DNA from: Kiritimatiellia bacterium
GTDB lineage: Bacteria; Verrucomicrobiota; Kiritimatiellia; RFP12; JBMNHG01
Assembly (NCBI GenBank): GCA_050950285.1
Contig: JBMNHG010000008.1
Coordinates: 620,001-684,000, forward strand
Reading direction: 5' to 3'
Length of the DNA: 64,000 nt
Made by a program: the position numbers and the translations under genes. Under the pieces are notes generated by a model. That model saw nothing but the letters and a program-made list of their open reading frames with translations. It did not search any database and was not told the origin of the DNA. Shown one piece after another: positions 53,041-63,011 of the stretch (positions within the stretch are counted from its first letter, which is position 1; every line of letters begins with the position of its first letter).

Positions 53041-55899
53041 ATGATGAATCCCTCCATGCGGACGTTGCTTGTCTTTTCCGCCGTTGTCGCGGTGTCCGCC
53101 TCCATTCCTTCCCTAGCGCAGGAAGATGTACTCGCCCTTCTTGGAGTGGCAGGAGAGGCCGAAGAGGCCGCCGTCGCCGCCGCCGACGATGCGGAAGATG
53201 CCGCCGAGGTGATCGCCGCCGAAGCGGCCGATGCCGAAGCGGCCGTCGAGGCCGCCGATGAAGCGGTCGAGGCCGCCGCCGAGGTCGTTGGCATCGACTT
53301 CGCCGACGAGGCCGAAGAGGCCGCCGTGGCCGCCGACGATGAAGCGGTCGAGGCCGTTGACGAAGCCGAAGCGGTCGTCGACTTCGCCGACGAGCCCGAA
53401 GAGGCCGCCGAGGTCGAGGCCATCGCCGTCGAGGTCGTCATCGATGATGCGGGAGATGCCGTCGAGGTCGAAGCGGCCGTCGAGGCTGCGACTCCCCCTG
53501 CCGTGAACGGCGATGCCGCCTTCATCTCCGAGATGGCGACCCTCGAACGCATGCGCTTGAAGGCCCTGGAGGAGCATGGCGCCGCGAGCCTGGCCGCCGC
53601 CCGCAAGGCCCTGAACAACGGAAATTATACGGAAGCCGAGAAGCTCTATTCCGAGGCGTACCGCTTCATCGGGAACCGCGAGGGCAACGAGGCCTTGCGC
53701 GCCGAGGCGGAAGAGGGCGTCGCCGAATCGATCTATCGCCAGGCGATCATGCTGTACAAGCAGAAGGATCTCCAGGGCGCGGTCCAGAAGGCCCGTGTGG
53801 CCCGTGAAAAGGGCCATCCCAAGGCCCCCAAGCTCGTGGCCGAACTCGAGGACAAGATCGAGAACCCCCCCGAACCCCCTCCGCCGCGCGTCGTGCAGCG
53901 CTGGCACGAGAAGGACTACCAGAATGTCCGGGCGAATGTCGCCCGCCGCATGAAGCGCGCCCGGCAGCACTATGTCACGGGCGAATACGACCGCGCCCGC
54001 GCCGAGCTGGAGATGATCCTCCGCGACAACCCGGACGAACTGGACGCGATCGAGCTCCTCCGCAAGGTGGGCGACCGCACCTTCGACGTGGCGAGCACCG
54101 AGTACCGCACGACCCGCTCCCATATGATCCGCGACGTGCGCGACACGTGGAACCCCCGCAACTACGCCGTGGACACCGTGCAGGTCGATATGCCCGCAGG
54201 CGGCGCCAAGACGGGCCGCAGGGACGTCACCAAGGACGGCAAGACCCCCGAGGAGGTCGTCCGCGAGAAGATGACCCGCATCGAGATCCCCGAGATCAGC
54301 TTCCGCCAGGCGAACATCAACGACGTCATCTCCTTCTTCGAACAGGCCAGCCGCGAGTACGACGACCCCGAGCTTCCGCCCGAACAGCGCGGGGTGAACT
54401 TCGTGCTCAAGCAGCCGGCCAGCGATGTCGCCGAAGGACCCGCCCCCGCCGCGTTCGATCCCTTCTTCTCCGGCATCGAATCGTCGGCGGCCCCTTCCGG
54501 CTTCGGCAGCCCGGTGACCTTCAACGCCCGCTTCATCACCCTGATGAGCGCCCTGGAGACCGTGACGGACGTGACGGGCCTCAAGTACCGCATCAAGGAC
54601 AACATCGTCATGATCATGCCTCGCAGCATGGCCACCGACGACATCATCTCCCGCTCGTACAACGTGCTTCCCACCCTCCAGGAGCGCGTTTCGAGCGTGC
54701 GCCGCGAGATGGGGAGCTCCCAGAGGGATACCGGCGGCTTCATGGAGCCGATAGCCGACCTCGACGACACCCGCGCCGACTGGAAGGAATTCTTCAAGAG
54801 CATGGGCGTGGAATGGCCCGACGGCTCGTCCGTGGCCTACGTGCCCAGCATCGGCAAGCTCCAGGTCGCCAACACCGAGGAGAACCTGAGCAAGCTCGAG
54901 AGCGTGCTCGAAGACCTGAACGTGACCCCCAGCCAGATCGAGATCGAAGCCCGCTTCGTGGAAGTCTGCCAGGAGGACCTCGAGTCCATCGGCATGGAGT
55001 GGCTCCTCTCCGACAACTGGGAGATCGCCAGCAAGAAGGGCACCGGCATCCACGAGGGTAGCCAGCGCATCGTCATGAAGGCCGGCAGCGGCTCCGCGGG
55101 CCTGCGCTATCCCTCCACCGGAACGGCCGCGCCGGCCCTTGGCCTCGATTCCGCCGTGGCGGACAGCGTGGTGTCCGTGGCCTCCGTGCTCACGAACCCC
55201 GAACTTTCCTTCGTCCTCCACCTCCTTTCGCAGCGCACCAACACGGACCTCCTGCAGGCTCCGAAGGTGGTGACCAAGTCCGGCCAGGAAGCCATCATCA
55301 AGGTCGTGACCGAGTACATCTACCCGACCTCCTACTCCACCGAGACGATCGACCTCGACGGCGACGGAAGCGCGGTCTTCGCGGACAGCATGGTGCCCGG
55401 CATCGTGACCCCCGAGGACTTCGAAATGCGCGAGGTGGGCGTGATCCTGCAGGTCGTGCCGGAAGTCAGCACGGAAGGCCAGATGATCAACCTCACCCTG
55501 AACCCGCAGGTGGTGCAGTTCGAAAGCTGGGAGGATTACGGCATCGAGTCCTACCGCGCCGACGGAAGCGTGGCGTGGAAACTCCCGATGCGCCAGCCGC
55601 TCTTCAACGTGCGCAGCATCAACACCAGCATCTCGATCTACAACGGCGCCACCGTGGTGATGGGCGGCCTGATCGAGGAGAAGCGCTACGAGTTGGAGGA
55701 CAAGGTCCCCTTCCTCGGCGACATCCCGGTCCTCGGCCGCTTCTTCCGCAGCCACTCCACGAACAGCCAGAAGAAGAACCTGCTCATTTTCGTCACCGCC
55801 CGCCTGGTGGATCCTGCCGGGCGTTCCCTCAAGTCCTCGACTGGCGACACCGCCTCCACCCTTGGCGCGGCGGACGCCATCGTGGGATCGGTGGACTAG
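53041..55899 (+). CDS. Secretin (PilQ/GspD family, Amuc_1098-like) with acidic N-terminal linker and TPR region
   Basis: AAGGAG RBS; QIEIEARFVEV, LLQAPKVVT..GQEA, GVILQVVPEV, GATVVMGGLI, KVPFLGDIPVLGRFF, NLLIFVTARLV. Confidence 0.92.
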   Translation: MMNPSMRTLLVFSAVVAVSASIPSLAQEDVLALLGVAGEAEEAAVAAADDAEDAAEVIAAEAADAEAAVEAADEAVEAAAEVVGIDFADEAEEAAVAADDEAVEAVDEAEAVVDFADEPEEAAEVEAIAVEVVIDDAGDAVEVEAAVEAATPPAVNGDAAFISEMATLERMRLKALEEHGAASLAAARKALNNGNYTEAEKLYSEAYRFIGNREGNEALRAEAEEGVAESIYRQAIMLYKQKDLQGAVQKARVAREKGHPKAPKLVAELEDKIENPPEPPPPRVVQRWHEKDYQNVRANVARRMKRARQHYVTGEYDRARAELEMILRDNPDELDAIELLRKVGDRTFDVASTEYRTTRSHMIRDVRDTWNPRNYAVDTVQVDMPAGGAKTGRRDVTKDGKTPEEVVREKMTRIEIPEISFRQANINDVISFFEQASREYDDPELPPEQRGVNFVLKQPASDVAEGPAPAAFDPFFSGIESSAAPSGFGSPVTFNARFITLMSALETVTDVTGLKYRIKDNIVMIMPRSMATDDIISRSYNVLPTLQERVSSVRREMGSSQRDTGGFMEPIADLDDTRADWKEFFKSMGVEWPDGSSVAYVPSIGKLQVANTEENLSKLESVLEDLNVTPSQIEIEARFVEVCQEDLESIGMEWLLSDNWEIASKKGTGIHEGSQRIVMKAGSGSAGLRYPSTGTAAPALGLDSAVADSVVSVASVLTNPELSFVLHLLSQRTNTDLLQAPKVVTKSGQEAIIKVVTEYIYPTSYSTETIDLDGDGSAVFADSMVPGIVTPEDFEMREVGVILQVVPEVSTEGQMINLTLNPQVVQFESWEDYGIESYRADGSVAWKLPMRQPLFNVRSINTSISIYNGATVVMGGLIEEKRYELEDKVPFLGDIPVLGRFFRSHSTNSQKKNLLIFVTARLVDPAGRSLKSSTGDTASTLGAADAIVGSVD

Positions 55900-55998
55900 C
55901 CGATCTCTCAGGGGCCCCAAGGCCTCCTTCAGGGTCGATTTCGCGGCATGCCGTGTGTTTCGCGGCACGCCGCGATGGTCCCTGTCCTCCTCCTACAC

Positions 55999-56637
55999 AT
56001 GAACCGGCACCTTCCGGCCTCCGGTTCCCGCATCCTCTGCATGGCTGTCACGGGCGGCATCGCCTGTGGCAAAAGCACCTTTGCGAATTTCCTGCGGGAA
56101 TTCGGAATCGAAATCTTCGACACCGACGCTGCCGCCCACGATTTACAGAAGCCGGGCGGAGTCGCGGTCGATTCGATCGCCAACCTCTTCGGGCGGGGCG
56201 TTCTCGCGGCGGACGGAGGGGTCGATCGAAGCGCCTTGGGCCGGAAGGTCTTTGCGGATCCGGAGGCGCTCGCCCGGCTGAACGCGTTGATACACCCGCT
56301 GATCCGCGAGTCCCTCGATGCGTGGCGCGCCGCTCCGCTTCCTGCGGGGTGCGTGGCGAAGGCCGCACTGGTGCCGCTGCTCTTCGAGGTGGGGTGGGGG
56401 ACGGACGAGTGGGATCTCGTGGTGTGCGTGGCCTGCTCGCCGGGCGCGCAGCTCCGCCGTCTGATGATGGGACGGGGGCTGGCCGAGGACGAAGCGCGTC
56501 GCCGCGTGGCGGCGCAGTGGCCCGTCGAAATGAAGACGAAACGATCGGATCTCGTGATTTACAACGATGGCGACGTGGCGGAGTTGCGCGAAAGGGCGCA
56601 CGAAGCCGTTGTCGCGCTTTTGGAGAAAACCGCATGA
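55999..56637 (+). CDS. coaE: Dephospho-CoA kinase
   Basis: VTGGIACGKST, DRSALGRKVF, LNALIHP, VPLLFE; exact start uncertain. Confidence 0.92.
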   Translation: MNRHLPASGSRILCMAVTGGIACGKSTFANFLREFGIEIFDTDAAAHDLQKPGGVAVDSIANLFGRGVLAADGGVDRSALGRKVFADPEALARLNALIHPLIRESLDAWRAAPLPAGCVAKAALVPLLFEVGWGTDEWDLVVCVACSPGAQLRRLMMGRGLAEDEARRRVAAQWPVEMKTKRSDLVIYNDGDVAELRERAHEAVVALLEKTA

Positions 56638-58409
56638 GCGATGCAGTGGACAACGTTGGGCAAGATGTCGCTACAGACACCTCCGCCCGTCCCGTCGAAT
56701 CCGCTTCCGGGCCGACGGATGCCGGGGAGGCTTCCGCCCCCAAGCGCCGGGGGCGTCCGAGGAAGGCGAACCCCGCCGAGGGTGCGGATGCCGCGCCCGG
56801 CTCGGATTCCGCTCCGATTGCGGCGGGGCCTGACCGCGCCGCACCGGAGGCTTCCGACCCCGCCCCTGCGGACTCCTCCCGTTCCGCCGAGTCCTCTTCC
56901 GCGGGGAACCCCCAGCAGTATCCGGGCGGTCCGCAGGCGCGTTGGTCGCGTTTCGGGCGGAAGCATGGAAGCCGAGGCAACCAGCCCCAGCAGCAGCCGG
57001 AGGCCCAGTCCCGGCAACAGCGGAAGCAGAAGAACTTCCAGCAACAGCGGCAGCAGCGCTATGACAAGCACGGCCGACGCGGCCGTGCGCCCATGGACTA
57101 CGACGACCTCCCGCCGCCCGTCCCGTTGCGAGACGACCTTCCGCCGCTGGTCTATGCCGACCTCCAGCGCAAGCAGCTGCCCGAACTCCAGGCGATGCTC
57201 GAGGAGACCCACGACCCCGAACGCCTCCTCGCCCTTCGCAAGCACGACCTGCTGGCCGAAATCCTTCGCGGCTACATCCGCATGGGCGGCTTGGTCGCCA
57301 CGCACGGCACCTTGCAGGTGATGAACGACGGATCGGGGTTCATCCGTTCCGCCAAGGCCGACTACGTCGCGCAGCCCGATGACGTATACGTCTCCCCCAC
57401 GCAGATCCGCCGATCGAACCTTCGCTCCGGCGACGTGATCGAAGGCGTGATGCGCGAGCCGCAGAACAAGGACAAGCATTTCGCCCTCGCGCGCGTCGAC
57501 ACCGTGAACGGCGGCCCCGCCGCGAACCATCGGGCCATCATCTACGAGGATCTCACGCCAATCTATCCCGACCGCCGCATCCTCCTGGAGACCGGCCCCG
57601 GGGAGATCTCCATGCGCGTGATGGATCTCTTCACGCCCATCGGCTTCGGCCAGCGCGGACTGATTGTGGCGCCTCCCCGCACCGGCAAGACCGTGCTCAT
57701 GCAGAAGATCGCCAACGCCATCTCCGCCAACCATCCCGAAGCCGAACTCTTCATCCTGCTCGTCGACGAGCGCCCCGAAGAGGTCACCGACATGCAGCGC
57801 AACACCAAGGCGCGGGTGGTCAGCTCCACCTTCGACGAAAGCGCCGAACGCCACGTGCAGGTGGCGGACATGGTGATCGAGGTGGCCCGCCGCCTCGTCG
57901 AAGACGGCCGGGACGTGGTGATCCTGCTGGACAGCATCACCCGCCTCGCGCGCGCCTACAACACCTTGCAGCCCAACTCCGGCAAGATCCTCTCCGGCGG
58001 CGTGGACGCCAATGCGCTCCAGAAGCCCAAGCGCTTCTTCGGCGCGGCCCGCAACATCGAGGGAGGCGGATCCCTCACCATCATCGCCACGGCCCTCATC
58101 GACACCGGCAGCCGCATGGACGAGGTGATCTTCGAGGAATTCAAGGGTACCGGCAACATGGAGCTGTGCCTGGACCGTTCTTTGGTTGACAAACGCGTTT
58201 TCCCCGCAATAAATATTGAAAAATCCGGTACTCGCAAGGAGGACCTCCTTCTCCATCCCGACGAGTTGGGCCGGATTTGGTCGGTGCGCCGCGCCCTCAG
58301 CGCGACGCCGCCGCCCGAGGCCATGGAAGCGGTGATCAAGCGGCTGAAGACCACCCACAGCAACACCGAATTCCTGTTGAGCGTGAAGGACGTGTCCCTT
58401 TCGAGTTAA
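56634..58409 (+). CDS. rho: Transcription termination factor Rho with long N-terminal disordered extension
   Basis: DDVYVSPTQIRR, PIGFGQRGLIVAPPRTGKT, LLDSITRLARAYN, GSRMDEVIFEEFKGTGNME. Confidence 0.96.
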   Translation: MSDAVDNVGQDVATDTSARPVESASGPTDAGEASAPKRRGRPRKANPAEGADAAPGSDSAPIAAGPDRAAPEASDPAPADSSRSAESSSAGNPQQYPGGPQARWSRFGRKHGSRGNQPQQQPEAQSRQQRKQKNFQQQRQQRYDKHGRRGRAPMDYDDLPPPVPLRDDLPPLVYADLQRKQLPELQAMLEETHDPERLLALRKHDLLAEILRGYIRMGGLVATHGTLQVMNDGSGFIRSAKADYVAQPDDVYVSPTQIRRSNLRSGDVIEGVMREPQNKDKHFALARVDTVNGGPAANHRAIIYEDLTPIYPDRRILLETGPGEISMRVMDLFTPIGFGQRGLIVAPPRTGKTVLMQKIANAISANHPEAELFILLVDERPEEVTDMQRNTKARVVSSTFDESAERHVQVADMVIEVARRLVEDGRDVVILLDSITRLARAYNTLQPNSGKILSGGVDANALQKPKRFFGAARNIEGGGSLTIIATALIDTGSRMDEVIFEEFKGTGNMELCLDRSLVDKRVFPAINIEKSGTRKEDLLLHPDELGRIWSVRRALSATPPPEAMEAVIKRLKTTHSNTEFLLSVKDVSLSS

Positions 58410-58470
58410 CCTGCGACCCATCCCGGCACCCCGCGCGGGAACCCACCCCATCCCTAGGATCCGCATCCCC

Positions 58471-59778
58471 ATGAAAGTCGAGACCAACACTCTGTCCCCC
58501 TGTCGCATGCGCGTGGTCGTCAAAGCCGATCCCGACGAGACGCGCCAAGACTACGAAAGGGTCCTGGGAGAATACGTCGCCCACAGTCGCATCCGCGGCT
58601 TCCGCGTCGGGAAGGCCCCCACCGAGGTTGTTCTCCGCACCTACCGGCAGGACATCGACCAGGACGTCCGCCAGCGGCTCATCGGCAGGTTCTTCCCCAA
58701 GGCCATCGAGGAGAAGAAGCTCGCCATCGCGAATTTCCTCGGCTTCTCCGACGTGGTCTTTTCCCCCGAAACCGGCATCACCTTCGCGATGACCGTGGAT
58801 GTCGAACCCGACTTCAAGCTGCCCAAGTACGAAGGCATCGCCGTGAAGGCGGAGGACGCCACCGTCGGCGCCGACAAGATCGACGGGCAGATCGACCGCA
58901 TGCGCGACATGGCCGCCCGGTTCGAGGATGCCAAGGAGGGCGAAACCGTCGGAAAGGGCGACCTCGTCCAGCTCGACTTCGAGGCCCGGATCGGCGACCG
59001 GCCCCTTTCGGAGTTCCTCGGCGGCGAAGACCCCCGCAACCTCGGCGCCGGCGCCGACCGCTGGTTCCAGGTCGATCCATCCGCCAATGCCTACATCCCG
59101 GGCTTGATGGACGGCGTGAAGGGCATGGCCCCCGGCGAGACGCGCGCCATCCCCGTCTCCTTCCCGGACGACTATCCGGTCGAGGCCCTCCGCAAGCAGA
59201 CGGCCGACTATTCCACCACCGTGAAACGGATCCACAAGCGTCAGCCCGTGGACGAGGCCGATTTCCTCCGGCAGTATGGCGCCGAAACCCTCGATGCCCT
59301 CCGGGAGCGCGTCGCCAAGGGCATGCAGGAGTCCGCCGACCGCCAGGAAACGGCGCGCCGCCGCCAGGTCGTCATCGACCACCTGCTCAAGAAGACCGAA
59401 TTCGATCTCCCGCAGTCCCTGGTCGAGGCCGAAACCGACGCCATCATCCGGGACATGCTCCAGGATGCCTCCGGCCGCGGCATGCCGATCGAAGAGATCG
59501 AGAAGCATCGCGAGGAATTCCTCGGCACCGCCTCCTCTTCCGCCCGCGACCGCGTCCGCCTCCGCTACATCCTCGCCCGCATCGCCGAGGAGGAGAGGGT
59601 GGAAGAGACCGACGAAGACCTCGAGACCCGCATCCGCGAGATGGCCGCCCAGTACCGGATGGACGCCGCCCAGCTCCGCGCCATGCTCGAGGAACGAAAC
59701 GCCATCGAATCCATCCGCGACGAAATCCGAGCCAACAAGGTTCTCGACCTCCTCCTCGAGAAAGCCAGGATATCATGA
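58471..59778 (+). CDS. tig: Trigger factor
   Basis: GFRVGKAP ribosome-binding motif, FKBP domain; upstream of clpP. Confidence 0.93.
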   Translation: MKVETNTLSPCRMRVVVKADPDETRQDYERVLGEYVAHSRIRGFRVGKAPTEVVLRTYRQDIDQDVRQRLIGRFFPKAIEEKKLAIANFLGFSDVVFSPETGITFAMTVDVEPDFKLPKYEGIAVKAEDATVGADKIDGQIDRMRDMAARFEDAKEGETVGKGDLVQLDFEARIGDRPLSEFLGGEDPRNLGAGADRWFQVDPSANAYIPGLMDGVKGMAPGETRAIPVSFPDDYPVEALRKQTADYSTTVKRIHKRQPVDEADFLRQYGAETLDALRERVAKGMQESADRQETARRRQVVIDHLLKKTEFDLPQSLVEAETDAIIRDMLQDASGRGMPIEEIEKHREEFLGTASSSARDRVRLRYILARIAEEERVEETDEDLETRIREMAAQYRMDAAQLRAMLEERNAIESIRDEIRANKVLDLLLEKARIS

Positions 59779-60434
59779 TGAACTTCTCCGACATCCCCCC
59801 CTCCGCCTCGCGCAAGCCCGCGCGCGGCATCTACATCCCCATGCCGATGGTGATCGAGCAGACCAGCCGCGGCGAACAGGCGTACGACATCTACTCCCGC
59901 CTGCTGAAGGACCGCATCGTCTTCATCGGAACTGCGATCGACGACCAGGTCGCGAACGCCATCATCGCCCAGCTGCTCTTCCTCCAGGCGCAGGATGCCA
60001 CGAAGGACATTTCCGTCTACGTGCACTCCCCGGGCGGATCCGTCACGGCGGGCCTCGCAATCTACGACACCATGAAGTTCGTCACGTGCGACGTGGCCAC
60101 CTACTGCGTGGGCCAGGCCTCCAGCATGGGCGCCGTGCTCCTCGCCGCCGGGACGAAAGGCAAGCGCTACGCGCTGCCCAACGCCCGCATCATGATCCAC
60201 CAGCCCTGGGGCGGCGCCGAGGGCCAGGCCACGGACATGAACATCCAGGTGCAGGAGATCCTTCGCCTGAAACAGACGCTCACGCAGATTCTCGCCGACG
60301 CGTCGGGCAAGGACTTCGCGGCCGTCGCGGCAGACACCGAGCGCGACCATTTCCTCTCCGCCGAGGAGGCCCGCGAATACGGCTTGATCGACGAAGTGCT
60401 CGTCCGGAAGCCCGCCCCCGGAGGTTCGGAGTGA
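59775..60434 (+). CDS. clpP: ATP-dependent Clp protease proteolytic subunit
   Basis: [34 protein letters not shown]. Confidence 0.96.
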   Translation: MMNFSDIPPSASRKPARGIYIPMPMVIEQTSRGEQAYDIYSRLLKDRIVFIGTAIDDQVANAIIAQLLFLQAQDATKDISVYVHSPGGSVTAGLAIYDTMKFVTCDVATYCVGQASSMGAVLLAAGTKGKRYALPNARIMIHQPWGGAEGQATDMNIQVQEILRLKQTLTQILADASGKDFAAVAADTERDHFLSAEEAREYGLIDEVLVRKPAPGGSE

Positions 60435-61744
60435 GCCAGGAGAAAGGTCGTGGCAGGAAACGCCCGGGAGATGACGGCATCCGCTTCGATCCTCCCGCTT
60501 GCTCGTTCTGCGGACGGAGCGATTGCGATGTCGTGGCCGGCCCCCGGGATGCGAACATCTGCACGGACTGCGCCGATTTGGTGTACGAGGTGATCCATGG
60601 GAAAACCATGGGCGCCCGCGGGCCTTCCGCACCGAAATCCGCAAACATCCGGATCCCTGTTCCGCCTCCCACCGAAATCAAGGCCTTCCTCGACCAGCAC
60701 GTGATCGGCCAGGACGCCACCAAGAAAGCGCTTGCCGTGGCCGTCCACAACCATTACCGGCGCCTGCAGCCCGATCTCGCGGGCAAGCCCGTCGACCCGG
60801 ACCTCGACGGGGTCGAAATCGAAAAGAGCAACGTGCTCCTCATCGGCCCCACCGGCTGCGGAAAGACCCTGCTCGCCCGCACCCTCGCGCGGATGCTCGA
60901 CGTGCCGTTCGCCATCACCGACGCCACCACCCTCACCGAGGCCGGCTACGTGGGCGAGGACGTCGAGAACATCTTGCTCACCTTGCTGCAGGCGGCGGAC
61001 ATGGACGTGGAACGCGCCCAGACCGGCATCATCTACATCGACGAAATCGACAAGATCGCCCGCAAGACCGAGAACGTCTCCATCACCCGCGACGTCTCCG
61101 GCGAAGGCGTCCAGCAGGCGCTCCTCAAGATCCTCGAAGGCACCCTTGCGCGCGTCCCGCCCCAGGGAGGCCGCAAGCACCCGATGCAGGAGTACATCCA
61201 AATCGACACGCGGAACATCCTCTTCATCTGCGGAGGCGCGTTCATCGGCCTCGACGACGGAATCCGCCGCCGGATGGGATCGACCGCGCTCGGCTTCCGC
61301 GATACCCCCGTCGAGGACACCGCCTTGCGCGTGGAACCCGAAGACCTCATCCGCCACGGCCTGATCCCGGAGTTCGTCGGCCGCCTTCCGGTGGTTTGCC
61401 GGCTCGACGAACTCACCGAGGACGACCTCGTCCGGATTCTCGTCGAGCCCCGCAACTGCATCGTGAAGCAGTATCGCAAACTGCTGGCGATGGACGGCGT
61501 GAAGCTCTCCTTCGAGGACGGCGCCCTCCGTGCGCTCGCCCGCGCCGCGCTCGAACGCAAGACCGGCGCGCGCGGCCTCCGCTCCCTCCTCGAGACCCTG
61601 ATGACGGACGTGATGTACGAGGCCCCCGGAAACAAGTCCCTCAAGAAGGCCCACATCACCCAGGCCCTCGTCGAAGCCCAGCTCAAGAAGCCCGGCACCC
61701 TCCTCCAGGCACTCGCCAAGGCTTCCACCCCCAACGCCTCCTAG
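60431..61744 (+). CDS. clpX: ATP-dependent Clp protease ATP-binding subunit ClpX
   Basis: GTG start overlapping the clpP stop; CSFCG..ICTDC zinc finger, [26 protein letters not shown]. Confidence 0.95.
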   Translation: MSQEKGRGRKRPGDDGIRFDPPACSFCGRSDCDVVAGPRDANICTDCADLVYEVIHGKTMGARGPSAPKSANIRIPVPPPTEIKAFLDQHVIGQDATKKALAVAVHNHYRRLQPDLAGKPVDPDLDGVEIEKSNVLLIGPTGCGKTLLARTLARMLDVPFAITDATTLTEAGYVGEDVENILLTLLQAADMDVERAQTGIIYIDEIDKIARKTENVSITRDVSGEGVQQALLKILEGTLARVPPQGGRKHPMQEYIQIDTRNILFICGGAFIGLDDGIRRRMGSTALGFRDTPVEDTALRVEPEDLIRHGLIPEFVGRLPVVCRLDELTEDDLVRILVEPRNCIVKQYRKLLAMDGVKLSFEDGALRALARAALERKTGARGLRSLLETLMTDVMYEAPGNKSLKKAHITQALVEAQLKKPGTLLQALAKASTPNAS

Positions 61745-61804
61745 GCGTCGCATGGAAGCCTCCATGCCCCTCCCGTCCAAACCCTCCGCATCCAGGATCA
61801 TCCC

Positions 61805-62680
61805 ATGTCCCCCGTCGAATTGATCGCCGACTATCCCTGCCACGTAGGCGAGGCGCCGCTCTGGCACCCTGACGAACAGTGTGTCTATTGGTCCGACATC
61901 CCCGCCGGGAAGCTCTATCGCTACACCCCCGCCACCGGTACGGGCGAAGTCTGCTACGAAGGCCGTCCGGTGGGCGGCCTCGTGTTGCAGAAGGATGGAT
62001 CGCTCCTGCTCTTCCGCGACGGCGGCAACATCGTGGTATGGCGGCAGGGACGGAAGGAGCGCACGATCGTCGATGCGGTGGCCGACCTTCGCAACACGCG
62101 CTTCAACGACGTCTGCGTCGATCCCGAAGGACGAATCTTCTGCGGCACGATGGCCGACCTCCACCACTTCGGCCGGCTCTACCGCCTGGAGCTCGACGGC
62201 ACCCTCACGCGGATCTTCGACGGCCTGGGCACGCCGAACGGCATGGGCTTCTCGCCCGACCTGAAGACGCTGTATTTCAACGACTCCTACGCCACCTTCC
62301 GGACGACGTGGGCCTTCGACTACGACCGCTCCTGCGGCGAACTCTGCAACCGTCGCGCCCTGCGCGACGCGAAGCATGCCAACGACCCCGGAAACCCCGA
62401 CGGCCTCGCCGTCGATTCCGAGGGCTTCGTCTGGACCGCCCGCTGGGACGGCAACTGCCTGCTCCGCCATTCGCCCGAAGACGGGGAGGTCGTCGAGAAC
62501 ATCGCCTTCCCCGTACGCAAGGTCTCCTCGCTCTGCTTCGGCGGTCCCGACCTGGCCGACATCTACGCCACCACGGCAGGCGGCCACCTTCGTCCGACCG
62601 ACGGCGTCGCCGCCGGATCCCTCTTCCGCATCCGGAACGCCCCCGCCCCGGGACTGCCGCGCTTCACCTCCGATTTCTAG
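61805..62680 (+). CDS. SMP-30/gluconolactonase/LRE family protein
   Basis: GEAPLW, RFND, PNGMGFSPD, PDGLAVD, SLCFGG. Confidence 0.9.
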   Translation: MSPVELIADYPCHVGEAPLWHPDEQCVYWSDIPAGKLYRYTPATGTGEVCYEGRPVGGLVLQKDGSLLLFRDGGNIVVWRQGRKERTIVDAVADLRNTRFNDVCVDPEGRIFCGTMADLHHFGRLYRLELDGTLTRIFDGLGTPNGMGFSPDLKTLYFNDSYATFRTTWAFDYDRSCGELCNRRALRDAKHANDPGNPDGLAVDSEGFVWTARWDGNCLLRHSPEDGEVVENIAFPVRKVSSLCFGGPDLADIYATTAGGHLRPTDGVAAGSLFRIRNAPAPGLPRFTSDF

Positions 62681-62768
62681 CCGGTTAGGTTCCGGCTTTT
62701 CGGGATACCCTTGCGCGAAAAAAAACGCCGTAACTCTTGCTATGTAAAGACTTACGGCGATAAAAGGG

Positions 62769-62845
62769 TGGGGCGAAAGACGGGACTTGAACCCGCGACG
62801 ACCAGATCCACAATCTGGGGCTCTACCGACTGAGCTACTTTCGCC
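62769..62845 (-). tRNA. tRNA-His(GTG)
   Basis: Minus strand G(-1)GCGAAAG..TAGCTCAGTCGGTAGAGC..CCAGA-TT-GTG-GA-TCTGG..GGTTCAAGTCC..CTTTCGC-C-CCA; G-1:C73 identity pair. Confidence 0.96.
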
Positions 62846-62930
62846 ACGATGTAACGTTGCGCATAGAGAAATAGCAGAAGGCGGGCGAAGATGCAATCCC
62901 ATTTTCCGGCGCGGGGGAAAAAACGACCCC

Positions 62931-62968
62931 GCAGGCTCGATGCCCCTGTCGAGGAGCATCGAGCCTGC
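62931..62968 (-). terminator. Hairpin, probable terminator of the minus-strand beta-helix gene
   Basis: GCAGGCTCGATGC..GCATCGAGCCTGC 13-bp stem with a T-run shortly downstream on the minus strand. Confidence 0.55.
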
Positions 62969-63011
62969 CATGGGAGGAGCCGGGCGGGAGGCCCGCCGGC
63001 CGCGCGGCCGG

